Assembly: GCA_964647615.1 (NCBI GenBank)
Contig: CAZYIV010000006.1
Location: 3,679-67,678 of the forward strand
DNA: 64,000 nt
Direction of reading: 5' to 3'
DNA from: an uncultured Gemmatimonadaceae bacterium
Lineage (GTDB): Bacteria; Gemmatimonadota; Gemmatimonadetes; Gemmatimonadales; GWC2-71-9
Shown: positions 9,593 through 19,179 of the stretch, one piece after another
How positions within the stretch are numbered: the first letter of the stretch is position 1
How the letters are laid out: each line of letters begins with the position of its first letter
Translations under genes and position numbers: made by a program
The notes under the pieces: model-generated
The model's input: the letters and a program-made list of their open reading frames with translations, nothing else
What the model was told of the DNA's origin: nothing
The model's database searches: none

Positions 9593-10680
9593 GCGGCCAC
9601 CAGCTCGGCCAGGACGGCCAAGAGGGCGTTGAGCTCCTCGACGGTATGATCTCCCATGTGCCCGATCCGGATGGTGGTGTCCTTGAGCGAGCCGTAGCCC
9701 GCCGAGATGGTGTAGCCTCGACTCTTCATGGCCTCGTTGATGGCGGAGCCGGTCTTTCCAGGTGGCACGGTCAGGCAGGTGACGGTGGGCGAGCGATAGC
9801 CCGCCGGCGCCAGCACCCGCATCTCGACCCCCCGGGCACGCATCTCGTCGGCCCAGGCCCAGGTCCGCTCCGCCATGGCGGCGTGGCGGGCCCAGCGGGC
9901 CTCGATGGTCTCGGCGTCGATGCGCGCCACCTGCGCGGCCAGCGCGTACATCAGCGAGAGCGCCGGGGTGTTCGGCGTCTGGTTCTTCACGATGTACTTC
10001 TCGAACTCGACCAGGTCGAAGTAGATCCCGCGGTTGGCGGTGGCCCTGGCGCGTTCCAGCGCCCGCGGGTGGGCCACGCCGAACGCAAGGCCCGGCGGCA
10101 GCGCCAGCGCCTTCTGCGAGCCGGTGAGCACGAAGTCGAGGTCCCAGGCATCGGTCTCCACCGGCGCGCCGGCGATGCCGGTGACACTGTCCACCAGCAG
10201 CTGGATGTCGCCCGCCTCGTGGGCGACGGCGGCCAGGTCGCGGATGGGGTTCAGCGCGCCCGTGGAGGTCTCCGAGTGGACCACGGTCACCGCGTCATAG
10301 CGGCCGGCCGCGAGCGCGGTGCGCAGCTGCTCGGGCCGATGGGCCTCGCCGAGGGGCACCTCCAGCGCCGTGGCCTCCACGCCGTTGGCCTGGGCGATTT
10401 TGTAGAACCGTTCGGAGAAGGCACCGTTCACCAGTGACAGGACCCGCTTCCCCGCGCAATTCCGGATCGCCGCCTCCATGAGGCCGGTGGCCGAGGACGA
10501 GGAGATGTAGACCGGGCGCGCGGTGCGGAAGATCCGCTGCAGTCCCGGCATCAGCTGGGCGATGAGCTGCTCCATTCCCTTGCCCCGATGACCGATCATG
10601 GGGCGGGTCTGGGCGGCGAGGACGTCGGGGCGGACCTCGGTGGGTCCCGGGAGGAAGAACCGGCCGAACGGGGCGGTCAT
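9589..10680 (-). CDS. class V aminotransferase (serine-pyruvate / phosphoserine aminotransferase type)
   Basis: Track ORF of 363 aa. GSQKALALPPG PLP-lysine motif. ATGA overlap with serA. It sits between serB-like and serA, so a phosphoserine aminotransferase role is inferred. Confidence 0.8.
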   Translation of the reverse strand: MTAPFGRFFLPGPTEVRPDVLAAQTRPMIGHRGKGMEQLIAQLMPGLQRIFRTARPVYISSSSATGLMEAAIRNCAGKRVLSLVNGAFSERFYKIAQANGVEATALEVPLGEAHRPEQLRTALAAGRYDAVTVVHSETSTGALNPIRDLAAVAHEAGDIQLLVDSVTGIAGAPVETDAWDLDFVLTGSQKALALPPGLAFGVAHPRALERARATANRGIYFDLVEFEKYIVKNQTPNTPALSLMYALAAQVARIDAETIEARWARHAAMAERTWAWADEMRARGVEMRVLAPAGYRSPTVTCLTVPPGKTGSAINEAMKSRGYTISAGYGSLKDTTIRIGHMGDHTVEELNALLAVLAELVAA

Positions 10681-10741
10681 GGGGTGGGGCTCCAGCGGAA
10701 CAGCGCGTTGAGGTGGAATTGGCTGCCTGCGTGCCGGCGGG

Positions 10742-10769
10742 AATATACCGGGGTCGGGGCCGGGGTCAG
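10742..10769 (-). promoter_or_regulatory. possible internal promoter CTGACC-N16-TATATT
   Basis: An AT-only hexamer (TATATT) is conspicuous in this GC-rich 85-nt gap. The -35-like element overlaps the serB stop. A 61-nt leader runs to ATG 10680. Confidence 0.3.
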
Positions 10770-11425
10770 GCGAGCGGATACCGAAGTGCGAGCACGCCGG
10801 TCAGGGAAGGCCCGTCCAGCACCACGTCCGCCCCGGCGACCACATCCTGGCGCCTGACGACCCCGGCGAACGCGGCGAAGGCATCCACCGCGGGGCGGGC
10901 CTCCAGGTCGGTGGCGCCATCCCCCACAAGCAGGATGGGCCGCGGGAGCCGCGCCAGGTGCGCCTCGACCCAGGTACGCTTGCCGCCGGCGCGCGCCAGC
11001 GGCGAGGCGGTGTCGAACCCGGTGTAGGCGCCGTCCGCGCCGAACTGCAGGTCCACCGCGGCCACGCGATCGGGCGCGATCCCCAGGTGGCGCGACAGGT
11101 GGGCCACGGCGGGCAGGAGCCCGCCGCTCAGGACCTGCAGCACCACCCCACGCGCGGCAAGCGCAGCCACCGTTTCCGCGGCCCCGGGCACCATCCGCGA
11201 GATGTACAGCTCCCCGATGCGCGCGACGTCGGCACGGGTGGGCCGGATGAGGTCGAGCCGGCGGCCGTACACCTCCTCCAGGGGCACCGCGCCCCGCATC
11301 GCGAGGTCGGTGAGGTGAGCGATCTCGTCCCGGTGCTCGCGGGCGAGCTCCTCGATGCCCTCGATGGCGGAGAGGGTCGAGTCGCAATCGAAGATCACCG
11401 TGCGGAAGCCGGACTCGGCGCTCAT
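10766..11425 (-). CDS. serB: HAD-family phosphoserine phosphatase
   Basis: C-terminal 219 aa of track ORF 10766..12178. In-frame ATG at 11425 (MSAESGFRTVIFDCDSTLS). DxDxT and GDGATD HAD motifs. 4-nt overlap with the MATE gene. Confidence 0.75.
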   Translation of the reverse strand: MSAESGFRTVIFDCDSTLSAIEGIEELAREHRDEIAHLTDLAMRGAVPLEEVYGRRLDLIRPTRADVARIGELYISRMVPGAAETVAALAARGVVLQVLSGGLLPAVAHLSRHLGIAPDRVAAVDLQFGADGAYTGFDTASPLARAGGKRTWVEAHLARLPRPILLVGDGATDLEARPAVDAFAAFAGVVRRQDVVAGADVVLDGPSLTGVLALRYPLA

Positions 11426-12810
11426 GCCTGGGTGACCTCGGGGGTGAGCGGCACGTCGCCGTCGAGGTGGATGCGGCGCAGCGGACGGCGCAGCTGGATC
11501 CGCAGGCGGAGGAGCAGGAAGATCGCGACCGTCACCAGGCCGAGCACCAGCCCCCACCAGAGCCCCACGGGCCCGTGGCCCAGTCCGAAGCCGAGCCAGA
11601 GGCTCACCGGAAGTCCGACCAGCCAGAAGCCGAGCATCCCGGTGATCATTGGGGTGCGGGTGTCCCCGAGGCCGCGCAGGATGCCGATGGAGGTCACCTG
11701 GATCCCATCGAAGACCTGGAACACCCCGGCGAGTGGGATCAGCGCCACGGCGACGACCAGCACTTCCGGCGCCGGGGTGTAGAGCCGGGCGAGGAGGCCG
11801 GGAAGCAGCAGGAACAGGAGCGCGGTCAGCCCCATGATTCCGACGGCCACGATGAGGGCGGCGCGTGCCGCCCGCCCCGCCGCCGGCTGGTCCCCCCGCC
11901 CCACCGCATGCCCGACAACGACCGCCGCTGCCGCGGAGAGACCCAGCGGCACCATGAAGGTGATGGACGCGAGGTTCAGGGCGATCTGGTGCCCCGCGAC
12001 CTGGGCCGTCCCCATGCTCCCCATCAGCAGGCCGACCACGCCGAAGACGCCATACTCGAGCTGGTGCTGGGCCCCGATGGGCGCGCCGATGCGGAGCAGC
12101 CGGAGCAGCGGCTTCCGGGCCAGGGCCTCCCGCCGGAAGTGCCGCACGTGGCGGCCCAGCAGCGGCCACGCGAGCCACAACAGCAGCCCGGCCATGAGCA
12201 GCCGGCAGACCGTGGTGGCAATCGCGGCGCCCGCAACACCCAGCGGCGGTGCGCCCAGGTGGCCGAAGATGAACACCCAGTTGAGGACCGCGTTGGCGAG
12301 GTTGGCCACGACGATTGTCAGGACGATCGGGCGCACCCGGTGCAGCGCCTGCAGGCTCTGGCGGAACACGGTGAACAGGAACATCCCGATGTTGCCCGGG
12401 ATGCAGATCCGGGCGTAGAGTCCCGCCGCCGGCACCACCTCGGGTGGCTGGTGCAGCGCCGCGAGCACGCCCGGCGCGGGCCAGAGGAGCAGCGAGGCAG
12501 GAATGGTCAGGATCAGGGCGAAGACCATTCCCCGCTGGATGCCGCGGGCGATGCTTTCATCGTCTCCGGCGCCGGCGGCGTGGGCGATCACCGGATCCAG
12601 CGCCATCAGGGCCCCGAGGGCGAAGATGGCGCAGCCGAAGTAGTAGACATTGCCGAGAGCCACGCCGGCGAGCGCGGCGGGCGAAAGGTGGCCCACCATG
12701 ATGGTGTCCACCACCCCCATGGCCATGAGGCCGACCTGGACCGTGATCACCGGAAGGGCGAGGGTCAGCAGCGCCCGGAGGTCCGAACCGGTGGTCGAGG
12801 AGGCAGCCAT
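11422..12810 (-). CDS. MATE family efflux transporter
   Basis: Track ORF of 462 aa. 12 hydrophobic segments. N-terminal LLTLALPVITVQVGLMAMGVVDTIMVGHL is typical of the NorM/DinF family. Confidence 0.85.
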   Translation of the reverse strand: MAASSTTGSDLRALLTLALPVITVQVGLMAMGVVDTIMVGHLSPAALAGVALGNVYYFGCAIFALGALMALDPVIAHAAGAGDDESIARGIQRGMVFALILTIPASLLLWPAPGVLAALHQPPEVVPAAGLYARICIPGNIGMFLFTVFRQSLQALHRVRPIVLTIVVANLANAVLNWVFIFGHLGAPPLGVAGAAIATTVCRLLMAGLLLWLAWPLLGRHVRHFRREALARKPLLRLLRIGAPIGAQHQLEYGVFGVVGLLMGSMGTAQVAGHQIALNLASITFMVPLGLSAAAAVVVGHAVGRGDQPAAGRAARAALIVAVGIMGLTALLFLLLPGLLARLYTPAPEVLVVAVALIPLAGVFQVFDGIQVTSIGILRGLGDTRTPMITGMLGFWLVGLPVSLWLGFGLGHGPVGLWWGLVLGLVTVAIFLLLRLRIQLRRPLRRIHLDGDVPLTPEVTQA

Positions 12811-12837
12811 GGAGCCTGGAGCGGGGTCGAGGGGTAG

Positions 12838-12911
12838 TGCGCCCGGGAGGAATCGAACCTCCGACCCACAGCTTAGAAGGCTGTTGCTCTATCCAACTGA
12901 GCTACGGGCGC
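12838..12911 (-). tRNA. tRNA-Arg (anticodon TCT)
   Basis: Reverse complement GCGCCCGTAGCTCAGTTGGATAGAGCAACAGCCTTCTAAGCTGTGGGTCGGAGGTTCGATTCCTCCCGGGCGCA folds as a cloverleaf: 7-bp acceptor, GCTC/GAGC D stem, ACAGC/GCTGT anticodon stem with loop CTTCTAA, and GGAGG/CCTCC T stem. CCA is not encoded. Confidence 0.92.
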
Positions 12912-12988
12912 AGGCTCCCGCGGTCCGGGAGGTCCCGAAGTGTAGCGGCCCCGGGGGCGGCGGGGTACTCCGGGGGGCGACACCCGTG

Positions 12989-13510
12989 TCAGGGCGCGAA
13001 CGCCTGGGGCCGGGGGTCGCGGGCGTTGAAGTAGAGGGTCCGCTGCCGGTTCTCGGGGAGCCGGAGCAGCTGGAAGAGGTTCTGCTGGTCGGGAAAGACC
13101 TCGAACAACAGCGCGTCATAGACCGTGAGACGCGTCCCGCCGGCGGGCGCGTCGCCCTCGAGCACGTACCAGGCGACCATCTGGGCCGCCTCGTCCTGCT
13201 CGAGTCCGGACTCCGTCACCTCGAGGTGGAGCCGTCGACCGTCCAGCTCCAGGGTGAAGTGGCGCTCGACATAGACGCCCACCAGCGAGTCCCGGTGGGC
13301 GTCCGGCAGGATCTTCAGGGTGGAATCGCCGGCCAGGCCCTGGAGCCCGCGCTCCAGGTCGTCATGGAAGAAGCGGATGCGGAGGGCGACCGTCGTGCCC
13401 TCCAGCACCATGCGGGTGTGGGAGACATGGGTGTCATGCGGCAGGGCCGGCGGGACGCCCGCAGGCATCCCCCCGGCCAGCAGCACGACGAGCGCGGCCA
13501 TCCGCCTCAC
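12989..13510 (-). CDS. secreted hypothetical protein (DUF6702-like)
   Basis: Track ORF of 173 aa. Signal peptide MRRMAALVVLLAGG. The mature N-terminus HDTHVSHTRMVLEGTTVALRIRFFHDDLERGL resembles the H..H.S.T...........R.F.DDLE pattern I associate with DUF6702. ATGA overlap with the M1 peptidase stop. Confidence 0.6.
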   Translation of the reverse strand: MRRMAALVVLLAGGMPAGVPPALPHDTHVSHTRMVLEGTTVALRIRFFHDDLERGLQGLAGDSTLKILPDAHRDSLVGVYVERHFTLELDGRRLHLEVTESGLEQDEAAQMVAWYVLEGDAPAGGTRLTVYDALLFEVFPDQQNLFQLLRLPENRQRTLYFNARDPRPQAFAP

Positions 13511-15591
13511 GAGGCGGGCGCCGGCCCCACCGACCAGGTGTTGTTGTCGCGGTTGATGTCGGCCAGGACGTCGTCCGGATCGAGCACTACCTTCACCACG
13601 GTCTTGTCGGTGAACAGGCCGTAGATGTACTGCAGCTCGTTGCGGCGCCAGATGTCGGCGCCCAGCTTCACCCGCCGGGTGCTGCCGTCATCGAAGGTGA
13701 GCTCCATCTGCAGTGGCATCACCAGCCCGCCCTTGTTCTCCACCGTGATGCGCACGTAGTTCTTGCCGCGGTCAGTGGTCCCGATCAGGCTGTCGGCCGG
13801 CTGGGTGGTGACCGCGGTGACGGCCTGATCGTTGGCGTAGGTCGTGTAGAACCAGCCGCGCCAGAACCAGTTGAGCAGTTCCCCCGCCCCATCGTCAATC
13901 GACCGGAAGAAGTCGGCCGGCTGCGGATGCTTGAAGGCCCAGCTCCGGGCGTACTCGGAGAAGGCCTGGTCGAAGAGCTGCGGCCCGACTACCTGCTCCC
14001 GCAGCATGACCAGCCCGGCAGCCGGCTTGCCGTACCCGTTGTTGCCGAACTGGCGGTGGATCATGTCGGACTCGGTCATGAGCGGCACCTGGTCCGGGTC
14101 CCGCATGTAGCCGACGATGTTCTTCGCCGGGCCGCGGTTGCTCGGGTAGGCCGGGTCCCAGTCCTGCTCGGCGTAATACTGCAGGAAGCTGTTGACCCCC
14201 TCGTCCATCCAGGTCCACTTCCGCTCGTCGGACGCCACGATCATCGGGAACCAGTTATGCCCCACCTCGTGGATGGTGACGCTGATGAGCGCCCGGGCCA
14301 GGCCCGCCGTGTAGCTGCCATCCGGCGCCGGCCGCGCGCCGCAGAAGGCGATCATCGGGTACTCCATGCCGAACACCGGGCCATGCACATTGACGGCCTT
14401 GGGGTACGGGAACGGAAATGCCAGCCGGCCGTAGGTCCGCATGGTCTGGGCGATGGCCTTGGTGGACAGGCTGTCCCACAGCGGCATCGCCTCCCGGGGG
14501 TAGATCGAGTGCAGCTCGATCGTCCGGGTGGTGCCGGGATAGCGGAAGCCCGCGGCATCCCAGACATAGGCCCGGGAGGAGGCCCAGGCGAAGTCGCGGA
14601 CGCTGTCGGCGTGGAACTTCCAGGTGACCGGCGCGGTGCCTGCGGGGCGCGCTGCCGGGGTCGCCGCCTCCTCCCTAGTCACGATGAAGACCGGCGTCTC
14701 GGAGGTCAGCGCCTGCGCCAGCCGCCGCCGCTGGAGGGCGGTGAGGGTGGTGAGCGGGTTCTGCAGCACCCCGGTGGCCTGCACGATATGGTCGTGCGGG
14801 ACCGTCAGCTCCACATCGTAGGTGCCGAACTCCAGGTAGAACTCGCCCTGGCCATAGAACTGGTCGGTCTGCCAGCCGTTCTGGTCGTCGTAGACCGAGG
14901 CGCGGGGGTACCACTGCGCCACCTCGTACATCCAGCCGTCGCCCACCAGCTCCCGGGCACCGCGGCCGTTGCGGCTGGTCTGGGGCACGATGAAGTGCCA
15001 GTCGATCTCCACCACCGCCTTGTCGCCCGAGGCGAGCGGCGACGGCAGCAGGACCTTCATCTCGGTACCGTTGATCACGTAGGGGGCGTCCACCCGGCTC
15101 ACCGTGCGCCCGCGGGTCACCACCGCCTGCACCCGGGTGATCTTGTGCCCGCCCTCGAATGGCTCGGGGGCGAGGAAACGGCGCGCCTGGGGCGAGATCC
15201 GCTCCGGCAGCGCCGGCGCGCCCTGGATGGTCCGGCTGACGGACGGGTCGTCGATGTTCTGGTCCAGCTGGAACCACAGGTAGGCCAGCCGGTCCGGGGA
15301 GTTGTTGTGGTAGGTCACCCGCTCGGAGCCGGTCACCGTGTGCGTCGTGGTGTCCAGCGAGGCCTTGATGGCGTAGTCCACCTGCTGCTGCCAGTAACGC
15401 GGCCCCGGCTTCCCGGCGGCATTCCGCAGGTCGTTGGGGGAGGGCCACTCCGAGAGGGCACGGAAGTTCGACTCGTTGGTCTTGGGATTGGGCGGGGCGT
15501 CGAGCCACTGCTGCGCCACCGCCGCGCCGGGGGTCACCACGAGGCCCGTGGCCGCCAGCGCCAGGGCCGTCCACGACATCCGATGTTCCAT
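13507..15591 (-). CDS. M1 family zinc metallopeptidase (aminopeptidase N-like), secreted
   Basis: C-terminal 694 aa of track ORF 13507..16248. In-frame ATG at 15591 (alternative 15579). Signal peptide ...ALAATGLVVTPGAAVAQ. HEVGHNWF...WMDEG gluzincin motif. Confidence 0.85.
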   Translation of the reverse strand: MEHRMSWTALALAATGLVVTPGAAVAQQWLDAPPNPKTNESNFRALSEWPSPNDLRNAAGKPGPRYWQQQVDYAIKASLDTTTHTVTGSERVTYHNNSPDRLAYLWFQLDQNIDDPSVSRTIQGAPALPERISPQARRFLAPEPFEGGHKITRVQAVVTRGRTVSRVDAPYVINGTEMKVLLPSPLASGDKAVVEIDWHFIVPQTSRNGRGARELVGDGWMYEVAQWYPRASVYDDQNGWQTDQFYGQGEFYLEFGTYDVELTVPHDHIVQATGVLQNPLTTLTALQRRRLAQALTSETPVFIVTREEAATPAARPAGTAPVTWKFHADSVRDFAWASSRAYVWDAAGFRYPGTTRTIELHSIYPREAMPLWDSLSTKAIAQTMRTYGRLAFPFPYPKAVNVHGPVFGMEYPMIAFCGARPAPDGSYTAGLARALISVTIHEVGHNWFPMIVASDERKWTWMDEGVNSFLQYYAEQDWDPAYPSNRGPAKNIVGYMRDPDQVPLMTESDMIHRQFGNNGYGKPAAGLVMLREQVVGPQLFDQAFSEYARSWAFKHPQPADFFRSIDDGAGELLNWFWRGWFYTTYANDQAVTAVTTQPADSLIGTTDRGKNYVRITVENKGGLVMPLQMELTFDDGSTRRVKLGADIWRRNELQYIYGLFTDKTVVKVVLDPDDVLADINRDNNTWSVGPAPAS

Positions 15592-15635
15592 CACCACGCT
15601 CACTGTGTTGAGGAAGTCACCCGCCCCGCCGCCGG

Positions 15636-16238
15636 TCAGCCCAGCACCCGCTCGGCGAGGATCGTTGCCCCGACCGCGGCGATGCCGCCCGAGGCCACGA
15701 GCACCCAGTCCCGCCTGCCCAGCCCAAGCCCCCGCTCCACCGCCACGCCCACCAGCAGCACGCCGGCCAAGATGCCCAGCTGGCCCAGTTCGAGCCCCAC
15801 GTTGAAGCTGAACAGTGGCAGCGCGAGGCTCGCCTCGCCACCGAGCAGGCTCCGCAGGAAGCTGGAAAACCCGAGCCCGTGGATCAGTCCGAAGCCCAGC
15901 GCCAGCGCGTAGCGTAACCGCTGTCCGCGGGTCGCCACCGACTCCGTTCCCTGATCCCGGGCCACGAACCCGATGGCCACGAGGCTGGTCGCGACGATGG
16001 TGGCGGCGATCCCGGCCTCGACCAGCCGCGCGTTGACCCGGACCAGGTTCAGCGTCGCGAGCGCCAGTGTGATCGAATGCCCCACCGTGAAGGCGGTGAC
16101 CAGGATGAGCAACCGGCGCCACTCGCGGGGGCGGTACGCCACGGTCAGGGCGGCCACGAACAGGATGTGGTCGTAGCCGCGCAGATCCGCGATATGGTGC
16201 ATTCCGAGACGGAGATATGTCAGGAACTCTGAACCCAT
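15636..16238 (-). CDS. HupE/UreJ family membrane protein (putative Ni/Co or other metal transporter)
   Basis: Track ORF of 200 aa. N-terminal HHIADLRGYDHILFVAAL and six hydrophobic segments, typical of HupE/UreJ. Confidence 0.8.
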   Translation of the reverse strand: MGSEFLTYLRLGMHHIADLRGYDHILFVAALTVAYRPREWRRLLILVTAFTVGHSITLALATLNLVRVNARLVEAGIAATIVATSLVAIGFVARDQGTESVATRGQRLRYALALGFGLIHGLGFSSFLRSLLGGEASLALPLFSFNVGLELGQLGILAGVLLVGVAVERGLGLGRRDWVLVASGGIAAVGATILAERVLG

Positions 16239-16264
16239 TCAGGGACACCGTACGGGGGGAAGAA

Positions 16265-16282
16265 CGGCGGGTTTCCCCGCCG
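16265..16282 (-). terminator. hairpin CGGCGGG-GAAA-CCCGCCG downstream of tRNA-Pro
   Basis: A 7-bp stem with a GAAA tetraloop on the minus strand, followed by TTCTTCC. It lies between tRNA-Pro and the hupE-like start. Confidence 0.4.
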
Positions 16283-16340
16283 GGACGGGCATTGGTGACT
16301 TTCTACGTCGGTGAGGGATCGGCGGATCTGGCTGGACGAA

Positions 16341-16414
<74 letters not shown>

Positions 16415-16493
16415 CGATTCCGGCGCCCCGCCAATCCTGCGCGGGGCGGGAGAAAGGTGGCAGATCCGGGCTCCGCGCGGGAGGCCCGGTGCG

Positions 16494-16958
16494 TCACGCG
16501 CCCCCGATCCCTCGACCCCGGCGTTCCCGGGTCAGGTAGACCGAGAGCCCCAGGATGAGGGTGATGGAGACCGCCGAGATGGCGCACCAGGGGCAGAAGG
16601 TGCGCAGGACGACGAACTCGCCGTACTTGAGCCGCAGGGTGAAGGTGAACCCCAGCACCGCCAGCACCAGGAGCGTGACGACCGGCCAGCGGGCCGCCTG
16701 CCACCGCGGCTGCAGGCTTGCGAGGCTGGCGCCGAGGAGGAGCAGGTACCCCGCCACCCCGATCAAGGCGACGTCGATCCCGAAGAACCAGCCCCAGCGG
16801 CTGAACATGGCACGGTCGCAGCCGCCGGTGCTGCAGGTGAGGTTGCCGATGATCCCGCGCTTGTACATCGCGAGGTAGACGGCGCTGGTGCCGGCGATCA
16901 GGCTGAGCAGCGCGATCGCCATGCGGGCGCGGACGGCGCCGGGGCTGGGCTCGGTCAC
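16494..16958 (-). CDS. vitamin K epoxide reductase (VKOR) family membrane protein
   Basis: Track ORF of 154 aa. Loop cysteines CSTGGC and active-site CPWC. Four or five hydrophobic segments. Confidence 0.8.
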   Translation of the reverse strand: MTEPSPGAVRARMAIALLSLIAGTSAVYLAMYKRGIIGNLTCSTGGCDRAMFSRWGWFFGIDVALIGVAGYLLLLGASLASLQPRWQAARWPVVTLLVLAVLGFTFTLRLKYGEFVVLRTFCPWCAISAVSITLILGLSVYLTRERRGRGIGGA

Positions 16959-17377
16959 GGCGCCCCCTGGGACGCACCGGCGGCCGGCCCGTGATACCGC
17001 TCCTGCAGCCAGCGCACGTAGGCCACGACCTGCGGGACCTCGGCGGTGTCCACCCGCGCCACCGGCGGCATGGCGCCATAGTGGAATCGCCGCTGGGGAG
17101 CCCCGCGCACCACCGCCGCGGTCATCGCCGAGTCGGTCACCCGCGAGACCAGGAAGAGGGTGTCGAGCAGCGGCGGCCCGAGTCCCTGCCCCTTCCCCAG
17201 GGCGCCGTGGCAGGAGGCGCAGTAGCTGCCGTACAGCGCCGCCCCGCGCTGCAGCTCCGCCGGCGTGGACCCCGGATTGAACGCGGCCATCGCCGCGCTG
17301 CCGCCGCTGCCGCCCCCACAGGCCGCCAGCACCAGGCCCAGGAGCACCCCGGCCGACTGTCGTGCCTTCACATCCAT
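16955..17377 (-). CDS. mono-haem c-type cytochrome, lipoprotein
   Basis: Track ORF 16955..17398. I prefer ATG 17377 (MDVKARQSAGVLLGLVLAACGG, lipobox LAAC) because the codons upstream have low GC3. CASCH haem motif. ATGA overlap with the VKOR gene. Confidence 0.8.
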   Translation of the reverse strand: MDVKARQSAGVLLGLVLAACGGGSGGSAAMAAFNPGSTPAELQRGAALYGSYCASCHGALGKGQGLGPPLLDTLFLVSRVTDSAMTAAVVRGAPQRRFHYGAMPPVARVDTAEVPQVVAYVRWLQERYHGPAAGASQGAP

Positions 17378-17381
17378 TGCG

Positions 17382-18005
17382 TCATCCCTTGTCGGCACCC
17401 GCGAGTGCCGCGATCAGTTGCTCCAGGGCCCGGCCGCGATGGCTGACCCGGTCCTTCGCCTCTCCGTCGGCCTCGCCGAAGGTCTGGCCCAGTTCGTCGC
17501 TGAGGAAGTACGGATCGTAGCCGAAGCCCCCGGTGCCCCGCGGCTCCTCGAGGATCTGCCCGTTGCAGGTCCCCTGGAAGACCTCCGGGAACGCCCCCTG
17601 CCGGCGCAGCAGCACCAGGGCGCAGCGATACCGCGCCCGGCGCCGCCCCTCGGGCGCACCCGAGAGCCGACGCACCAGCATGGCGTTGTTGGCCGCGTCC
17701 ACCTGGGCCGGCGTGCCGCCGGCCCCGGCCCAGCGCTTGGACCGGACCCCGGGCTCCCCGCCGAGCGAGAAGACCTCGAGCCCGGAGTCGTCGGCGACGG
17801 TCGGGAGGCCGCTCAGGCCGAGGAAGTACTCCGCCTTGAGTCGGGCGTTGGTCTCGAAGGAATCGGCGACCTCGAGGCGGGACTCCGCTTCCCGCTCCGG
17901 GATCCCGGCCTCGTCGGGGAAGACCACCTCGTGGCCGGCGGCGATGAGCATCCGGCGCACTTCCCGCTGCTTCCCCGCGCTGCGCGTGGCGAAGAGCAGC
18001 TTCAT
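17382..18005 (-). CDS. rdgB: dITP/XTP pyrophosphatase (Ham1/RdgB family)
   Basis: Track ORF of 207 aa. [15 protein letters not shown] start, DDSGLEV and GFGYDP motifs. Confidence 0.9.
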   Translation of the reverse strand: MKLLFATRSAGKQREVRRMLIAAGHEVVFPDEAGIPEREAESRLEVADSFETNARLKAEYFLGLSGLPTVADDSGLEVFSLGGEPGVRSKRWAGAGGTPAQVDAANNAMLVRRLSGAPEGRRRARYRCALVLLRRQGAFPEVFQGTCNGQILEEPRGTGGFGYDPYFLSDELGQTFGEADGEAKDRVSHRGRALEQLIAALAGADKG

Positions 18006-18712
18006 CCGGCGAGGATCTTCCGCTGGGCGGCGAACAGCTCCGTGATGCCGCCCTGGGCGAGTTCCAGCAGCCGGTCGAGCTCGGCCCGCTGGAAGGTCGA
18101 GTGCTCACCCGTGCCCTGCACCTCCACGAACCGGTCCGGATGCACCATCACGATGTTGGCGTCCACCCCGGCGTCCCGGTCCTCGAGATAGGCCAGGTCC
18201 AGCCGGGGCTCGCCCTCGACCACCCCGACGGAGATGGCGGCGACGAGGTCGCCGAAGGGGTTCGCCACCCCGGCGCGCTGGGCCAGCCAGGCGCACGCAT
18301 CCGCCAGTGCCACACAGCCGCCGGTGATGCTGGCGGTCCGGGTGCCGCCGTCCGCCTGGAGCACGTCGCAGTCGATCTTGATGGTCCACTCGCCGAAGGC
18401 CATCGTCCGCATCGCGGCCCGGAGCGAGCGGCCGATGAGCCGCTGGATCTCCTGGGTGCGGCCGCCCGGCCCGCGGCGCTCCCGGTCGGTGCGTTCCAGC
18501 GTCGCCCGCGGCAGCATGGCGTACTCGGCGGTGACCCAGCCCTGGCCGGAGCCCTTCTTCCAGCCCGGGACGCCCTGCTCGACGCTGGCGGTGCAGTGCA
18601 CCAGGGTGCCGCCCATGCGGATCAGGCAGGAGCCTTCGGCGTAGGGATTCGCGTTGCGCTCAAGCACGAGGGGGCGCAGCTGGTCCGGCCGGCGGCCGTC
18701 AGGACGAGGCAC
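18002..18712 (-). CDS. rph: ribonuclease PH
   Basis: Track ORF of 236 aa. [12 protein letters not shown]...GSCLI...[11 protein letters not shown]...[17 protein letters not shown]. Confidence 0.93.
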   Translation of the reverse strand: MPRPDGRRPDQLRPLVLERNANPYAEGSCLIRMGGTLVHCTASVEQGVPGWKKGSGQGWVTAEYAMLPRATLERTDRERRGPGGRTQEIQRLIGRSLRAAMRTMAFGEWTIKIDCDVLQADGGTRTASITGGCVALADACAWLAQRAGVANPFGDLVAAISVGVVEGEPRLDLAYLEDRDAGVDANIVMVHPDRFVEVQGTGEHSTFQRAELDRLLELAQGGITELFAAQRKILAG

Positions 18713-19175
18713 GCAGTCGCTCCACGATGGCGGTGGTCGAGAATCCGTGTTCGAGGGTCACGTGGCGGACCCGCCCGCCGCGCGCCTGCACCACGTCGGC
18801 CCCCACGGTGGTGGCCACGCTGTAGTCGCCCCCCTTCACCAGCACGTCCGGCTCCAGGGCGCTGATCAGCTCCAGCGGGGTGTCCTCGTCGAAGATCACC
18901 ACGCAGTCCACCGCCCCGATCGCGGCCAGCACCCGTGCGCGGGCCGCGGCCGGGACGATCGGGCGCTCGGGTCCCTTGCCGAGCCGGCGCACGGAGGCGT
19001 CGCTGTTGACGCCGACGACCAGCGCATCGCCCTCGGCGCGGGCGGCCTCGAGCAGGGTGATATGGCCGGGATGGAGGAGGTCGAACACCCCGTTGGTGAA
19101 GACCACGATGCCGGCCTGGGACTCGCGCCAGGCCGCCGCGGCCCGGCGGTCCCGGATCTTGCCCGTGGTGTCCAT
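18699..19175 (-). CDS. hldC: D-glycero-beta-D-manno-heptose 1-phosphate adenylyltransferase (RfaE domain II type)
   Basis: Track ORF of 158 aa. [13 protein letters not shown] cytidylyltransferase HxGH motif. VKGGDY motif. Confidence 0.8.
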   Translation of the reverse strand: MDTTGKIRDRRAAAAWRESQAGIVVFTNGVFDLLHPGHITLLEAARAEGDALVVGVNSDASVRRLGKGPERPIVPAAARARVLAAIGAVDCVVIFDEDTPLELISALEPDVLVKGGDYSVATTVGADVVQARGGRVRHVTLEHGFSTTAIVERLRASS

Positions 19176-19179
19176 GGGG

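Noticed and set aside
13507-16248. Track ORFs with long N-terminal extensions: 913 aa here, 753 aa at 1529-3790, 954 aa at 51702-54566, 736 aa at 24838-27048, 519 aa at 46140-47699 and 470 aa at 10766-12178.
   Set aside because: The extensions run across upstream genes in another frame and translate to Arg/Pro/Gly-rich junk. Internal in-frame starts reproduce the normal N-termini (signal peptides, conserved first motifs) and give the typical 1-4 nt overlaps with the upstream stop.
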